From the IMG/VR virus record IMGVR_UViG_3300029913_000003, positions 128,001 to 192,000 of that record: a stretch of 64,000 nucleotides of DNA. One strand, 5' to 3'. Of the stretch, positions 38,231-47,540 are shown piece after piece. Each line of letters starts with the position of its first letter. The stretch's first letter is position 1. The DNA comes from a virus. The notes below the pieces were generated by a model that had not been told where the DNA came from, did no database searches, and worked only from the letters and a program-made list of their open reading frames with translations. The position numbers and the translations under genes are program-made.

Positions 38231-38422
38231 ATGATAAAAGCAATATTTGTAAGAGGAGATTATGGAAAACAAAGTGATCTGGAAGAATTAAATAGAGAGT
38301 TAAAAGAATGCAAATCTATAATTAAAGAAATGTCAACTGGATATGGAACAGTTTTAATAGTTGATATTTTTTCAAGAAAAGAAAAATTAGAAAAATTAAA
38401 TGAAATATCAAATAAAAAATAA
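38231..38422 (+). CDS. small protein with an RKEKLEKL terminus, tandem paralog 1
   Basis: ...IVDIFSRKEKLEKLNEISNKK. Confidence 0.45.
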   Translation: MIKAIFVRGDYGKQSDLEELNRELKECKSIIKEMSTGYGTVLIVDIFSRKEKLEKLNEISNKK

Positions 38423-38431
38423 TTAAAAAAT

Positions 38432-38620
38432 ATGTTAAAAGCAATTTATATAGGATATGATGCTAAGCAAAAAATTAATGATATAAATAGAGAATTAAAA
38501 GATTGTAAATCTATAATAGAAAAGATTTCGACTGGAGATGGTCAAACTATTTTAATTGTTGATACGGTCACAAGAAAAGATAAATTAGAAAAATTAAATG
38601 AAATATCGAATGAAAAATGA
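38432..38620 (+). CDS. small protein with an RKDKLEKL terminus, tandem paralog 2
   Basis: ...IVDTVTRKDKLEKLNEISNEK, about 60% identical to 38231..38422. Confidence 0.45.
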   Translation: MLKAIYIGYDAKQKINDINRELKDCKSIIEKISTGDGQTILIVDTVTRKDKLEKLNEISNEK

Positions 38621-38960
38621 ACTAATAATAATAGTATATAAAATAAATATATCAGGGTTAACAAGACAGCAAGCAGAAGAGATGATAATGAGTTATATTG
38701 AATCTGGTAATTTATCATCAGATGAAGAATTAAAAGAAAATTATACTATACGTGAACTGTATTTACCGATACAAACAGGAGATAATAATATTGAAGTTAT
38801 TTATCCAATAGCTGGAAATACATATTCTAATAATTTTTATGATATAGTAAATGATATTAATAAAATAATAAAAGATATACACTATGATGACGTTAAACCA
38901 TATTGGAATAAATTATTAAGGGAATTAAAAATAAGAATATTAGAAGATAAAGATGAATAA
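38598..38960 (+). CDS. hypothetical protein
   Basis: 120-aa ORF. Confidence 0.4.
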   Translation: MKYRMKNELIIIVYKINISGLTRQQAEEMIMSYIESGNLSSDEELKENYTIRELYLPIQTGDNNIEVIYPIAGNTYSNNFYDIVNDINKIIKDIHYDDVKPYWNKLLRELKIRILEDKDE

Positions 38961-38984
38961 ACAGATAATATAAAAAATATTAAA

Positions 38985-39806
38985 ATGAGCAAATTAATGA
39001 AATGGTCAGGATCGAAAGATTCCCAAGCAAAAAATATAATAAATTATTTTCCTAAAAAAATAGACACATACAGAGAGCCATTTTTAGGAGGAGGATCTGT
39101 ATTTTTAAAATTATTAGAAAGTGATATTGAGGTCAATAGTTACTATTTATCTGATATTAATAAGGAATTAATAGGTATTTATCAATTAATAATGAATGAT
39201 CCTGATTTACTTATAGATACATATAATAATCATTATAAGGAATTTAATATAGATGATGATATACAGCATAGAAAAGAATATTTTAATGAAATAAGAAATA
39301 ATTTTAATGAAAATAAAAAGTCAGAAGATTTCTATTTTATTATGAGGACTGTAACTTCTGGATTACCAAGATGGAATCAAAGTGGTAAGTTTAATTCCAG
39401 TTGTCATTTCACAAGAAGTGGAATGATGCCAGAATCTGTTGATAAAATTATAAAAAAATATAACAAATTATTCAATTCTAAAAATATTATATTTTCACAA
39501 GAAAGTTATGAAAATATAAAATCAAATGAAAATGATATAATTTATATGGATCCGCCTTATCAAAATACCAAAGGTATGTATTATGGTGGATTTAATTCTG
39601 AAAAATTTATAAATTGGTTAGATTTATTATCATCCAAATGGATTTTATCATATAATGGAAAAATAAATGATGATAAAATAGAACATTTTGGACCAAATAA
39701 TTATAAACGGCATGAATATTTAATATCTGGAAATTCTTCATTTAGAAGAATAAAAGAAGCAAGTAATGATACAATAATTAGTGAATCTCTTTATTTAAAT
39801 TTTTAA
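38985..39806 (+). CDS. dam: Dam-family N6-adenine DNA methyltransferase
   Basis: AdoMet motif EPFLGGGSVFL and the catalytic DPPY in IYMDPPYQNTKG. Confidence 0.8.
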   Translation: MSKLMKWSGSKDSQAKNIINYFPKKIDTYREPFLGGGSVFLKLLESDIEVNSYYLSDINKELIGIYQLIMNDPDLLIDTYNNHYKEFNIDDDIQHRKEYFNEIRNNFNENKKSEDFYFIMRTVTSGLPRWNQSGKFNSSCHFTRSGMMPESVDKIIKKYNKLFNSKNIIFSQESYENIKSNENDIIYMDPPYQNTKGMYYGGFNSEKFINWLDLLSSKWILSYNGKINDDKIEHFGPNNYKRHEYLISGNSSFRRIKEASNDTIISESLYLNF

Positions 39807-39960
39807 AAAATAATAAATAATATGAAAACAAATGAAAGAGTAGAACCAAAAAAATTAACTGATAATGAAATTGATGATTTAAATAATTATTCTACTTATC
39901 AAATAAGTGAAATATCATTATTTATATATGAAGAATATCTTAAAGAAAATTTAAAAAATA

Positions 39961-40803
39961 ATGAAAATGAAAATGAATAAAGCAGATAAATATTACATTG
40001 AAAATTTAAACAGAATAAAAAATGAAGGTTCTTTTGATGAAAATCCAAGGCCAAGATATAAAGATGGTACTGAGGCATATACAAAATTTATAACTCAAGT
40101 ATTTGAAGAATATGACATTTCAAAAGGTGAGTTTCCAATTCCAACACTGAGAAATACAGCTATAAAAACTGGAATAAAAGAGATTTTCTGGATATATCAA
40201 AAACAAACAAATTCATTAGATGTGGCACATGAGCTTGGAGTCACTTGGTGGGATGAATGGAATGTCGGTGATTTAACAATTGGATCCAGGTACGGTTATA
40301 CTATTAAGAAATATAATTTAATGAATAAATTATTAGATGGATTAAAAAATGATCCATTTGGTAGGCGTCATATAATTAACATGTATCAATATGAAGATTT
40401 TGATGAACCAAAAGGATTATATCCTTGTGCATATGAAACATTGTGGTCAGTTAGAAAAGTAAACAATGAATATTATTTAGATATGACATTAACGCAAAGA
40501 TCAAATGATTATTTAACTTCAGGATTTATTAACAAAATTCAGTATGTGGCATTTCAAATGATGATTGCTGGACATCTTGGATATAAAGTTGGTAAGTTTT
40601 GCCATTTAATGCAAAACTTACATGTTTATGATAGGCATTTTGATGCTTTAGAAGAATTATTACAAAGAACTCCATTAGATACACAGTCAAAATTAATATT
40701 AAAAGAGAATAAAAACTTTTATGATTATAATATTAATGATTTTGAAATTACTGGAATAGAAGGAATTGAAAAAATTAAATCTCCTTTGGAATTAGCGATT
40801 TAA
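39961..40803 (+). CDS. thymidylate synthase / deoxypyrimidine hydroxymethylase superfamily protein
   Basis: ThyA-fold motifs are present: FPIPTLRNTAIKTGIKEIFWIYQ, GVTWWDEW, RRHIINMYQ, an active-site PC in LYPCAYE where the His of the ThyA PCH is replaced by Ala, TQRSNDY, FINKIQY with the Asn retained, and LHVYDRHF. Confidence 0.7.
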   Translation: MKMKMNKADKYYIENLNRIKNEGSFDENPRPRYKDGTEAYTKFITQVFEEYDISKGEFPIPTLRNTAIKTGIKEIFWIYQKQTNSLDVAHELGVTWWDEWNVGDLTIGSRYGYTIKKYNLMNKLLDGLKNDPFGRRHIINMYQYEDFDEPKGLYPCAYETLWSVRKVNNEYYLDMTLTQRSNDYLTSGFINKIQYVAFQMMIAGHLGYKVGKFCHLMQNLHVYDRHFDALEELLQRTPLDTQSKLILKENKNFYDYNINDFEITGIEGIEKIKSPLELAI

Positions 40804-40821
40804 AAATTATAAATATAAAAT

Positions 40822-41517
40822 ATGATAGAAACATATAATGAATATGTAGAACTAATAAAAGAAGGACTAATTAGAACTCATAATATAATAACATATGAAG
40901 GTAGTTTAGAAAGAGAGTTATATTTAATTGGGATTAAATTTGAAATAAAAATTTACAATAAATTAAAATTTGATCTATCATTATATAAAACTAATATTAT
41001 TGATAATGATTATCTTGAATATATTGTTAATTATATTGAAAAACAATTAGGATATTATCCTTCATATATAACAGTTGAAAATAATATTGGTAAAAATGGG
41101 TTTAAATTTGATAAAAAGTATTTATCAAATAAATATAAATCAATTAAGATAAATTTTGAAGCTAAGTACGATGATGGATTTTATAAAAATATTATAAAAG
41201 TTCCTAAAATTGCATATCACTTATCACCAGTTGATAATGAAGATAAAATAAATAAAAATGGATTATGCGTAAAGGCATATAATAGAAAAGGTGAACATCC
41301 TGAAAGAATATATTTATTTGCTGATATTAATGAATATGATGATTTATTAAATTCGCTTAAAATTGATGATAAATTAAAAGGTATAAATAAAAATTATAAT
41401 TTATATGAGGTTGAAATGAGTGATAAAAATATTATACATACTGATCCTAATTACAGTAACGGTTTTTATACCTATGATAGTTTTAATCCAAAATTTTTAA
41501 AAATAATAAAAACATAA
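40822..41517 (+). CDS. hypothetical protein, tandem paralog 1 of 2
   Basis: About 65% identical to 41528..42229, for example MIETYNEYVELIKEGLIRTHNII and the C-terminal NGFYTYDSFNPKFLKIIK. Confidence 0.55.
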   Translation: MIETYNEYVELIKEGLIRTHNIITYEGSLERELYLIGIKFEIKIYNKLKFDLSLYKTNIIDNDYLEYIVNYIEKQLGYYPSYITVENNIGKNGFKFDKKYLSNKYKSIKINFEAKYDDGFYKNIIKVPKIAYHLSPVDNEDKINKNGLCVKAYNRKGEHPERIYLFADINEYDDLLNSLKIDDKLKGINKNYNLYEVEMSDKNIIHTDPNYSNGFYTYDSFNPKFLKIIKT

Positions 41518-41527
41518 TATTTAATTA

Positions 41528-42229
41528 ATGATAGATAATTATAAAGAATATGTAGAATTAATCAAAGAAGGATTAATCAGAACTCATAATATAATTAATT
41601 GTGAAAGTAGTTTAGAAAGAGAATTATATTTAATTGGATTTAAATTTAAAATAAAAATTTATAGTAAATTAAAATTTGATCTTACATTATTAAATACTAA
41701 TAATTTTGATTTCGTTGATTTTGAATATATTATTGATTATATTGAAGATCAATTAGGTTATTTTTCATCATATATAACAGTTGAAAATAATATTGGTAAA
41801 AATGGGTTTAAATTTGATAAAAAGTATTTATCAAATAAATATAAATCAATTAAAATTATATTTGAAGCTAAATATGATGATGGTTTTTATAAAAATGATA
41901 TAAAGGTTCCTAATGTTGCATATCATTTATCTCCAGTTAATAATGAAGATAAAATAAATAGAATTGGATTATTAGTAAAAACTCATAATAGAAAAGGTGA
42001 ATATCCTGAAAGAATATATTTATTTAGAAATATTAATGATTGCGATAAATTATTAAAATCATTAAAATACGATGATAAGTTAAAAGATATAAATAGAAAT
42101 TATAATTTATATGAGGTAGAAATGAGTGATAAAAATATTATTCATACTGATCCTAATTATAGTAACGGTTTTTATACCTATGATAGTTTTAATCCAAAAT
42201 TTTTAAAAATAATAAAACATAATATTTAA
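41528..42229 (+). CDS. hypothetical protein, tandem paralog 2 of 2
   Basis: See 40822..41517. Confidence 0.55.
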   Translation: MIDNYKEYVELIKEGLIRTHNIINCESSLERELYLIGFKFKIKIYSKLKFDLTLLNTNNFDFVDFEYIIDYIEDQLGYFSSYITVENNIGKNGFKFDKKYLSNKYKSIKIIFEAKYDDGFYKNDIKVPNVAYHLSPVNNEDKINRIGLLVKTHNRKGEYPERIYLFRNINDCDKLLKSLKYDDKLKDINRNYNLYEVEMSDKNIIHTDPNYSNGFYTYDSFNPKFLKIIKHNI

Positions 42230-42232
42230 ATA

Positions 42233-42258
42233 AAAAGTTCAGATTTTTCTGAACTTTT
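42233..42258. terminator. hairpin between convergent genes
   Basis: aaaagttcaga-tttt-tctgaactttt. Confidence 0.5.
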
Positions 42259-42702
42259 TTATAAATTAAATTTTGCTGATGCTCTAATAGAACTCAAATC
42301 ACCTAGTGCTTTTGGATCATATTTCATATTATTTATATATTCTAACGAATTTTTTGAAAATTCTGTTTTAAATTTAGCAATAAAAGGTTCAGGATTTTCC
42401 ATATAATAAATATCATTTGATCCTTTATTTTCAAGTACTGCTTGATAATAATTATGAGTATCATTTTTATCATTTCCAATTCTAAATTTAATAATATATA
42501 TAGGATAACCATATCTACTAACTGATATATCAAACCACTCATCATTTAATACATCATTTACATTTTCATTCCAGTATATAACAGTTGGATGACTTACATA
42601 ACCTTCAGCTATATTAAAATTTTCATTTATAAAATCTAAATATTTGTTTAACATAAAAAATTGATATTCTTTTTTTAATATATATAAAAAAATGAAATTC
42701 AA
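42259..42702 (-). CDS. hypothetical protein
   Basis: 147-aa ORF. Confidence 0.45.
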   Translation of the reverse strand: MNFIFLYILKKEYQFFMLNKYLDFINENFNIAEGYVSHPTVIYWNENVNDVLNDEWFDISVSRYGYPIYIIKFRIGNDKNDTHNYYQAVLENKGSNDIYYMENPEPFIAKFKTEFSKNSLEYINNMKYDPKALGDLSSIRASAKFNL

Positions 42703-42707
42703 ATTTA

Positions 42708-43463
42708 ATGGAAAATAATAAAGAAAAAGAAGAATTCAAAATGCCTCAAATTAAATCAGAATCTGATTTAAATAAAGTATTTGATGCTATATATGATCAA
42801 GGATTTGGATATATAAGTAGAAGAGATGATTATCACCAAAATAAAATTCAAAAAATTGTACAAAAATACAATACATTAAAATTAGATATACCTGATAATT
42901 TTTATCGTAATCTTTATGATATAAAAAATTATTCAGAAGTTGAAAAAGAAGTGATGAATCATTTTTCTAAATTTAATCCTGATGATAAAATTAATGAATT
43001 TATAAAAAATATTTTTTCATTAAAATATGATGATAGAGGTAAACCTCCTGAAAATAACTGTGAAAGTATAAATACTGTCATTGATTGGTTCAAATTCAAA
43101 AATAAATATAATCTTATTGATAAAGATTTCAAATTCAATAAAAATTATCTAAATGTAGATGTTTATAATTTAGATAAAAACTCAATAAAAATAAATTTTA
43201 AAGATGATTATGATAATTTTGAAAGTTTTTACGAATTAATATTTAATGAAAAATGTATTGAGATAAAACATAGAACTGGCGATTGGCAGAATATTGGTAA
43301 AATAGAAATAAAATTATTTCTAAATAATACAGCTAGTATTAGAGGAGATTTAACTAAAATTAAAGACTATTATTATAAAGATTTAATGAAAAATTTTTAT
43401 TTTAATAATGCATATATTATATACTATAAAAATAAAATTGAAAAAATAAATCCAAAAGTGTAG
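42708..43463 (+). CDS. hypothetical protein
   Basis: 251-aa ORF. Confidence 0.45.
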   Translation: MENNKEKEEFKMPQIKSESDLNKVFDAIYDQGFGYISRRDDYHQNKIQKIVQKYNTLKLDIPDNFYRNLYDIKNYSEVEKEVMNHFSKFNPDDKINEFIKNIFSLKYDDRGKPPENNCESINTVIDWFKFKNKYNLIDKDFKFNKNYLNVDVYNLDKNSIKINFKDDYDNFESFYELIFNEKCIEIKHRTGDWQNIGKIEIKLFLNNTASIRGDLTKIKDYYYKDLMKNFYFNNAYIIYYKNKIEKINPKV

Positions 43464-43479
43464 AAATTTCTACACTTTT
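43455..43479. terminator. hairpin between convergent genes
   Basis: aaagtgtagaaa-t-ttctacacttt. Confidence 0.5.
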
Positions 43480-44597
43480 TTATTTTTATAATAACTTATA
43501 ATATTATTATCAATATCATTTAATAATTTTTCAAGATTCTTAATAATTTCTTTATGTTTTTCTGCAGCAGAAATAATATCAAAATTTAAAAATTTTTTAT
43601 AAATTAATATATCATTTTTATATTCTGAATATAGATTTCTATTACAAATTTTAACTCCTAATTTAAATATTTTTTCTTCAATTTTGCTTGTTAGATTAAT
43701 TATGTCTTTACTATTAGATTTAATATAATTATTACTATTATTATAATCTTTTAATAAATTTATTACGCAATTAAATGATTTATTTAATAAAGACATACAT
43801 GTTACATAATTACCATAATATAATATAGCATTATCAAAATCTTCATCATTTAATAATTTTAAACTACTATTCAAATCATTTTTCATTTTATCAGCATAAT
43901 AATCAAGATTTATATTACTAAGATTATGATATCTATTACCAACTTTAGCATGTTCTAATATTTTTTTATCATTATAGCATATGATATCTATTTTCGTTAA
44001 TTCATCAATTTTTTTATTAATGTTTTGATAATCTATAACAATATTATTAATTTTAACAATTTTAGTTAAAGATTTATTCAATTTATTATCTAATAAGTTT
44101 TTTTCTTTAATTAACTTCTTCATTCTATTAATTGTATACTCATTATCATTCATATTAATATCTACGGTAAGATTATTTAATTCAGATTTGATATATTTTT
44201 CACAATTTGGATAATTAGTTTGCATATAAATTTCAATATCAGATTTACTTTTTGATATTAAATATATTGAATCATCTATACTATTAACAATTTGTTTATA
44301 TTCAATTAATGATTTATACATATTTTTCAATTTGATATAAACATTTATATTCACATCAATCTTAGTTATTTTATCATAGATTGAATCATTATATTTTATT
44401 AATAATTCATCAGGTAATTCATTTATTTTATTTTTTAATTTTTTTATTCTTTTATTTAATATTACAATATTTTTTTTTAGAATTATAAAATTCCTTCTTT
44501 TTATATATTCAAAATATACTATATTTATTAAAAAATATAATAATGATATTATAAATAAAAAAGAAATTAGCAATGATAGCACAATTAAAATTTTCAT
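43470..44597 (-). CDS. membrane-anchored coiled-coil protein
   Basis: N-terminal TM segment ILIVLSLLISFLFIISLLYFLINIVYF followed by long helix-prone Lys/Asn/Ile-rich sequence. Confidence 0.5.
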   Translation of the reverse strand: MKILIVLSLLISFLFIISLLYFLINIVYFEYIKRRNFIILKKNIVILNKRIKKLKNKINELPDELLIKYNDSIYDKITKIDVNINVYIKLKNMYKSLIEYKQIVNSIDDSIYLISKSKSDIEIYMQTNYPNCEKYIKSELNNLTVDINMNDNEYTINRMKKLIKEKNLLDNKLNKSLTKIVKINNIVIDYQNINKKIDELTKIDIICYNDKKILEHAKVGNRYHNLSNINLDYYADKMKNDLNSSLKLLNDEDFDNAILYYGNYVTCMSLLNKSFNCVINLLKDYNNSNNYIKSNSKDIINLTSKIEEKIFKLGVKICNRNLYSEYKNDILIYKKFLNFDIISAAEKHKEIIKNLEKLLNDIDNNIISYYKNKKV

Positions 44598-44687
44598 ATT
44601 TTCATATAACGTTATTTTATTAGATGTTCTATTATAAAAATAGTTTTAAGTTTTTTTTTATTTATATATAAAGAAAAAACATCTATT

Positions 44688-45047
44688 ATGATAGATACAA
44701 GAAATGAAGATTTAGTAAAAAAATATTTTGATTTAGTTCAAGAAGAAATCAAAAGATTAATTTCTCAAGATAAAGAAATAAAGAAAAGTGATGTGCAAAC
44801 ATTTAATGATGAAATTTTCAATCAATCTGATGAAATTAAAAGTGAGATAAGTAATTACATCGATCAAGCAACAATGAATGATTTAGATATTAATAAAATT
44901 GCTAAAATTCTTTATGATAAATTTAAAGTTCAAACTAAAAATAATGTATTCAATCAAACGGATTCACAGAATGTGCCTAATACTTTAATGGGCGAGAATA
45001 AACACATAAAAACATTTGAACAATTTAATTATGATAACAAATTTTAA
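44688..45047 (+). CDS. hypothetical protein
   Basis: 119-aa ORF. Confidence 0.4.
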   Translation: MIDTRNEDLVKKYFDLVQEEIKRLISQDKEIKKSDVQTFNDEIFNQSDEIKSEISNYIDQATMNDLDINKIAKILYDKFKVQTKNNVFNQTDSQNVPNTLMGENKHIKTFEQFNYDNKF

Positions 45048-45729
45048 AAAATATACATTAAATGAAACATATGAATTATCTGGAAAGAATTCATTTTTAA
45101 CTTATTTGCAGATAGTTTCAAATCATGATTATCATTTTATTTCGAATGATACATATAGAAAATTATACAAATATCATGTATTTTTTTCAACTGAAACTAT
45201 AACAGGAATAGAAGATTATGTAGATATTTTTAAATATAAACACTCATTAGCATCAGCATATGAAATATTATTACAAATAAAAGATAATAAATTAGCATTC
45301 TTTTTTGGTATAAAAGAAAATTCTACATTAAGATATGGATTTTTAGATTTAGATACACAAAGGAGTTATGTTGTTGGAGAATTTATATTTACTAAAGAAT
45401 TTTTTGGATCAATATCTAAATATAAATCTATGCAGTTTGTTAATAAAATAATACAGAATACTGATGCTAAAAAATTACCAATACTATCAAAGATAAAACA
45501 AGATTGTGAACAATTTTACAAAGGTAAGAAGAAAACAAAAGTAGAAATATCAGACAATAAAGTGATTATTTATATAACAAGAGATCAATTCACTGATGAT
45601 GATATAAATATGAATCGTCCATTCAGATCATTAGATAATTGGGCTTCTAAAAAAATGTGGAGAAACAAAGTTGAATGTAGCGTTGATGATGAAGGCGATC
45701 CAATAAAATTTATATTGATAGTGAAATGA
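45016..45729 (+). CDS. hypothetical protein
   Basis: 237-aa ORF with a 4-nt overlap with the next gene. Confidence 0.45.
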   Translation: MNNLIMITNFKKYTLNETYELSGKNSFLTYLQIVSNHDYHFISNDTYRKLYKYHVFFSTETITGIEDYVDIFKYKHSLASAYEILLQIKDNKLAFFFGIKENSTLRYGFLDLDTQRSYVVGEFIFTKEFFGSISKYKSMQFVNKIIQNTDAKKLPILSKIKQDCEQFYKGKKKTKVEISDNKVIIYITRDQFTDDDINMNRPFRSLDNWASKKMWRNKVECSVDDEGDPIKFILIVK

Positions 45730-45989
45730 AATACTTAAAAAGATTTGAAAATAAGGAAAAAGAATATAATATTGATGATTATATAATTGTTCATAATAAT
45801 ATATATGTAGGAACTAGTAAAATATTTAAAATTGTTGATATTGTAAAAAATGCATATTATCCATATAACGTTATTGGAGTAAATGGAGATATTCATTTTT
45901 TAGAATATAAGGACATAAAAAGAAAATTATCTAAAAAAGAAATTGAAAAATATGAATTAGATAATATATCAAATAAATTTAACATATGA
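45726..45989 (+). CDS. MKYLKRFEN...KFNI family member
   Basis: N-terminus MKYLKRFENKE, C-terminus ISNKFNI*, with ATGA overlaps on both sides. Confidence 0.55.
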   Translation: MKYLKRFENKEKEYNIDDYIIVHNNIYVGTSKIFKIVDIVKNAYYPYNVIGVNGDIHFLEYKDIKRKLSKKEIEKYELDNISNKFNI

Positions 45990-46324
45990 AATATTTAAAA
46001 AGATTTGAAAATATTAATAATAATCCTGAAATTGGGGATTATATTATTATAGATAAACTTAATAATATACTAGGTCCAAGTTATGATGATATTTTTTATT
46101 TTTTGAATAATAATATTGGCAAAGTTGTTGGATTTGGAAATGTATATAACGGAAAAGGTATTAAAATCAAATTTTTTAATATACCAAAGAATCTAAATAC
46201 TCATTTTAATCCTGATCATATAAAGATTTTTCCAATGAATTCTATTTTAGCATTTGGTAAAAACAAAGAAACTGTGAAAGAAGAAGCTGAAATACAACGT
46301 AATATAAAGAAATTTAACTTATGA
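45986..46324 (+). CDS. MKYLKRFEN...KFNL family member
   Basis: MKYLKRFENINN...IKKFNL*. Confidence 0.55.
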   Translation: MKYLKRFENINNNPEIGDYIIIDKLNNILGPSYDDIFYFLNNNIGKVVGFGNVYNGKGIKIKFFNIPKNLNTHFNPDHIKIFPMNSILAFGKNKETVKEEAEIQRNIKKFNL

Positions 46325-46668
46325 AATATATTAAAACATTTGAATCAATATCAAAAGGAATCAATAATATAACTACTATTGATTGCTCTGGAGATAATTT
46401 AACTGAATTACCTGAATTACCAGATAGTTTAATTACTTTATATTGTAATAATAATTTTTTAACTAAAATTAAAAAATTACCTCCTAATTTGAAACATTTA
46501 AAATGTTCTCATAATCATAATTTATCTGAGTTACCTATATTACCAGAAACTATGACTGAATTACGTTGCTATAACACTAAATTACCTTATAATAATCTAA
46601 TTGAATATAAAAAATGGTTAGATAAAGAGCATCCTGAAATATCAAAATCTAAACAATTTAATTTATGA
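46321..46668 (+). CDS. MKYIKTFE...QFNL family member with leucine-rich-repeat-like units
   Basis: LTELPELPDSLITLYCNNNFLTKIKKLPPNLKHLKCSHNHNLSELPILPETMTELRCYN. Confidence 0.55.
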   Translation: MKYIKTFESISKGINNITTIDCSGDNLTELPELPDSLITLYCNNNFLTKIKKLPPNLKHLKCSHNHNLSELPILPETMTELRCYNTKLPYNNLIEYKKWLDKEHPEISKSKQFNL

Positions 46669-47447
46669 AATACTTAAAATATTTTGAAACAAAATTAGAA
46701 GTTGAATATCATTGTCTTGAATGTGGATGGATAGGCTGGTTACCTATGACCAAAATAGTTAAATGTCCAAATTGTGGAAATATTAATGATATATGGAAAG
46801 AAGGCGAATCAATACCTGAAAGACATAAAAAAATGAATTATTTATCTGAAAATATTAATATTATTAAACAACAACCTTTTTATTTAAGTGGAGATATATT
46901 ATACATATCAGATGATATGGCAAAATTAATGACTCCAACATATGCAAAATTAAATAAACTTTATAAAAATAAAGGAGTTCGTGATTATATCAATCAAGAA
47001 CAAATTGATTTTTATAATAATGAAAAAGATGATAAAGGTTATTATAAATCTAGAAATATTAATACTAATATAACTGTAAGATATGAAAGGATGTATGCTA
47101 TGACAATACTTATAAAAAGACTTGGTGGAGTTCTTGAAAATAAATATGGAGAATTTCAATATTTTATAGGAGGAACATCAGGAGATCACGATATGCATGG
47201 TAAAAACATGGTGAGAGATACAAAAGAATGTAATTATAATCTAATGATAAAATATTATCCTATTATTGAACATATAAAAAATTTTTACAAAAGATTAAAA
47301 TCTAAAGACGAAGGATTTTTTGATATAATTAAAGATTCATTAGATAAAGATATAATGTTAGCTCAATACGGGGTACCAAAAGAACTAAAAAAATATTTCA
47401 AAAATGCTGAAGATGTGGCAATAAATGTTAATAAATTTAATATATAA
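46665..47447 (+). CDS. MKYLKYFE...KFNI family member with a CxxC...CxxC zinc-ribbon-like N-terminus
   Basis: YHCLECGWIGWLPMTKIVKCPNCG, and a C-terminus NVNKFNI*. Confidence 0.5.
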   Translation: MKYLKYFETKLEVEYHCLECGWIGWLPMTKIVKCPNCGNINDIWKEGESIPERHKKMNYLSENINIIKQQPFYLSGDILYISDDMAKLMTPTYAKLNKLYKNKGVRDYINQEQIDFYNNEKDDKGYYKSRNINTNITVRYERMYAMTILIKRLGGVLENKYGEFQYFIGGTSGDHDMHGKNMVRDTKECNYNLMIKYYPIIEHIKNFYKRLKSKDEGFFDIIKDSLDKDIMLAQYGVPKELKKYFKNAEDVAINVNKFNI

Positions 47448-47540
47448 TATTATATATAGTATATATCATGATCTTGCATGAATTTTATTTCGAATGAAAT
47501 AGATTTTTTTTATATATAGATAAAAATTAAATTATTAAAC

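Noticed and set aside
39961-39972. Exact start codon of the ThyA-like gene, with MKMKMNK offering three in-frame Mets
   Set aside because: It cannot be resolved from sequence alone. The longest ORF is kept and the ambiguity is noted.
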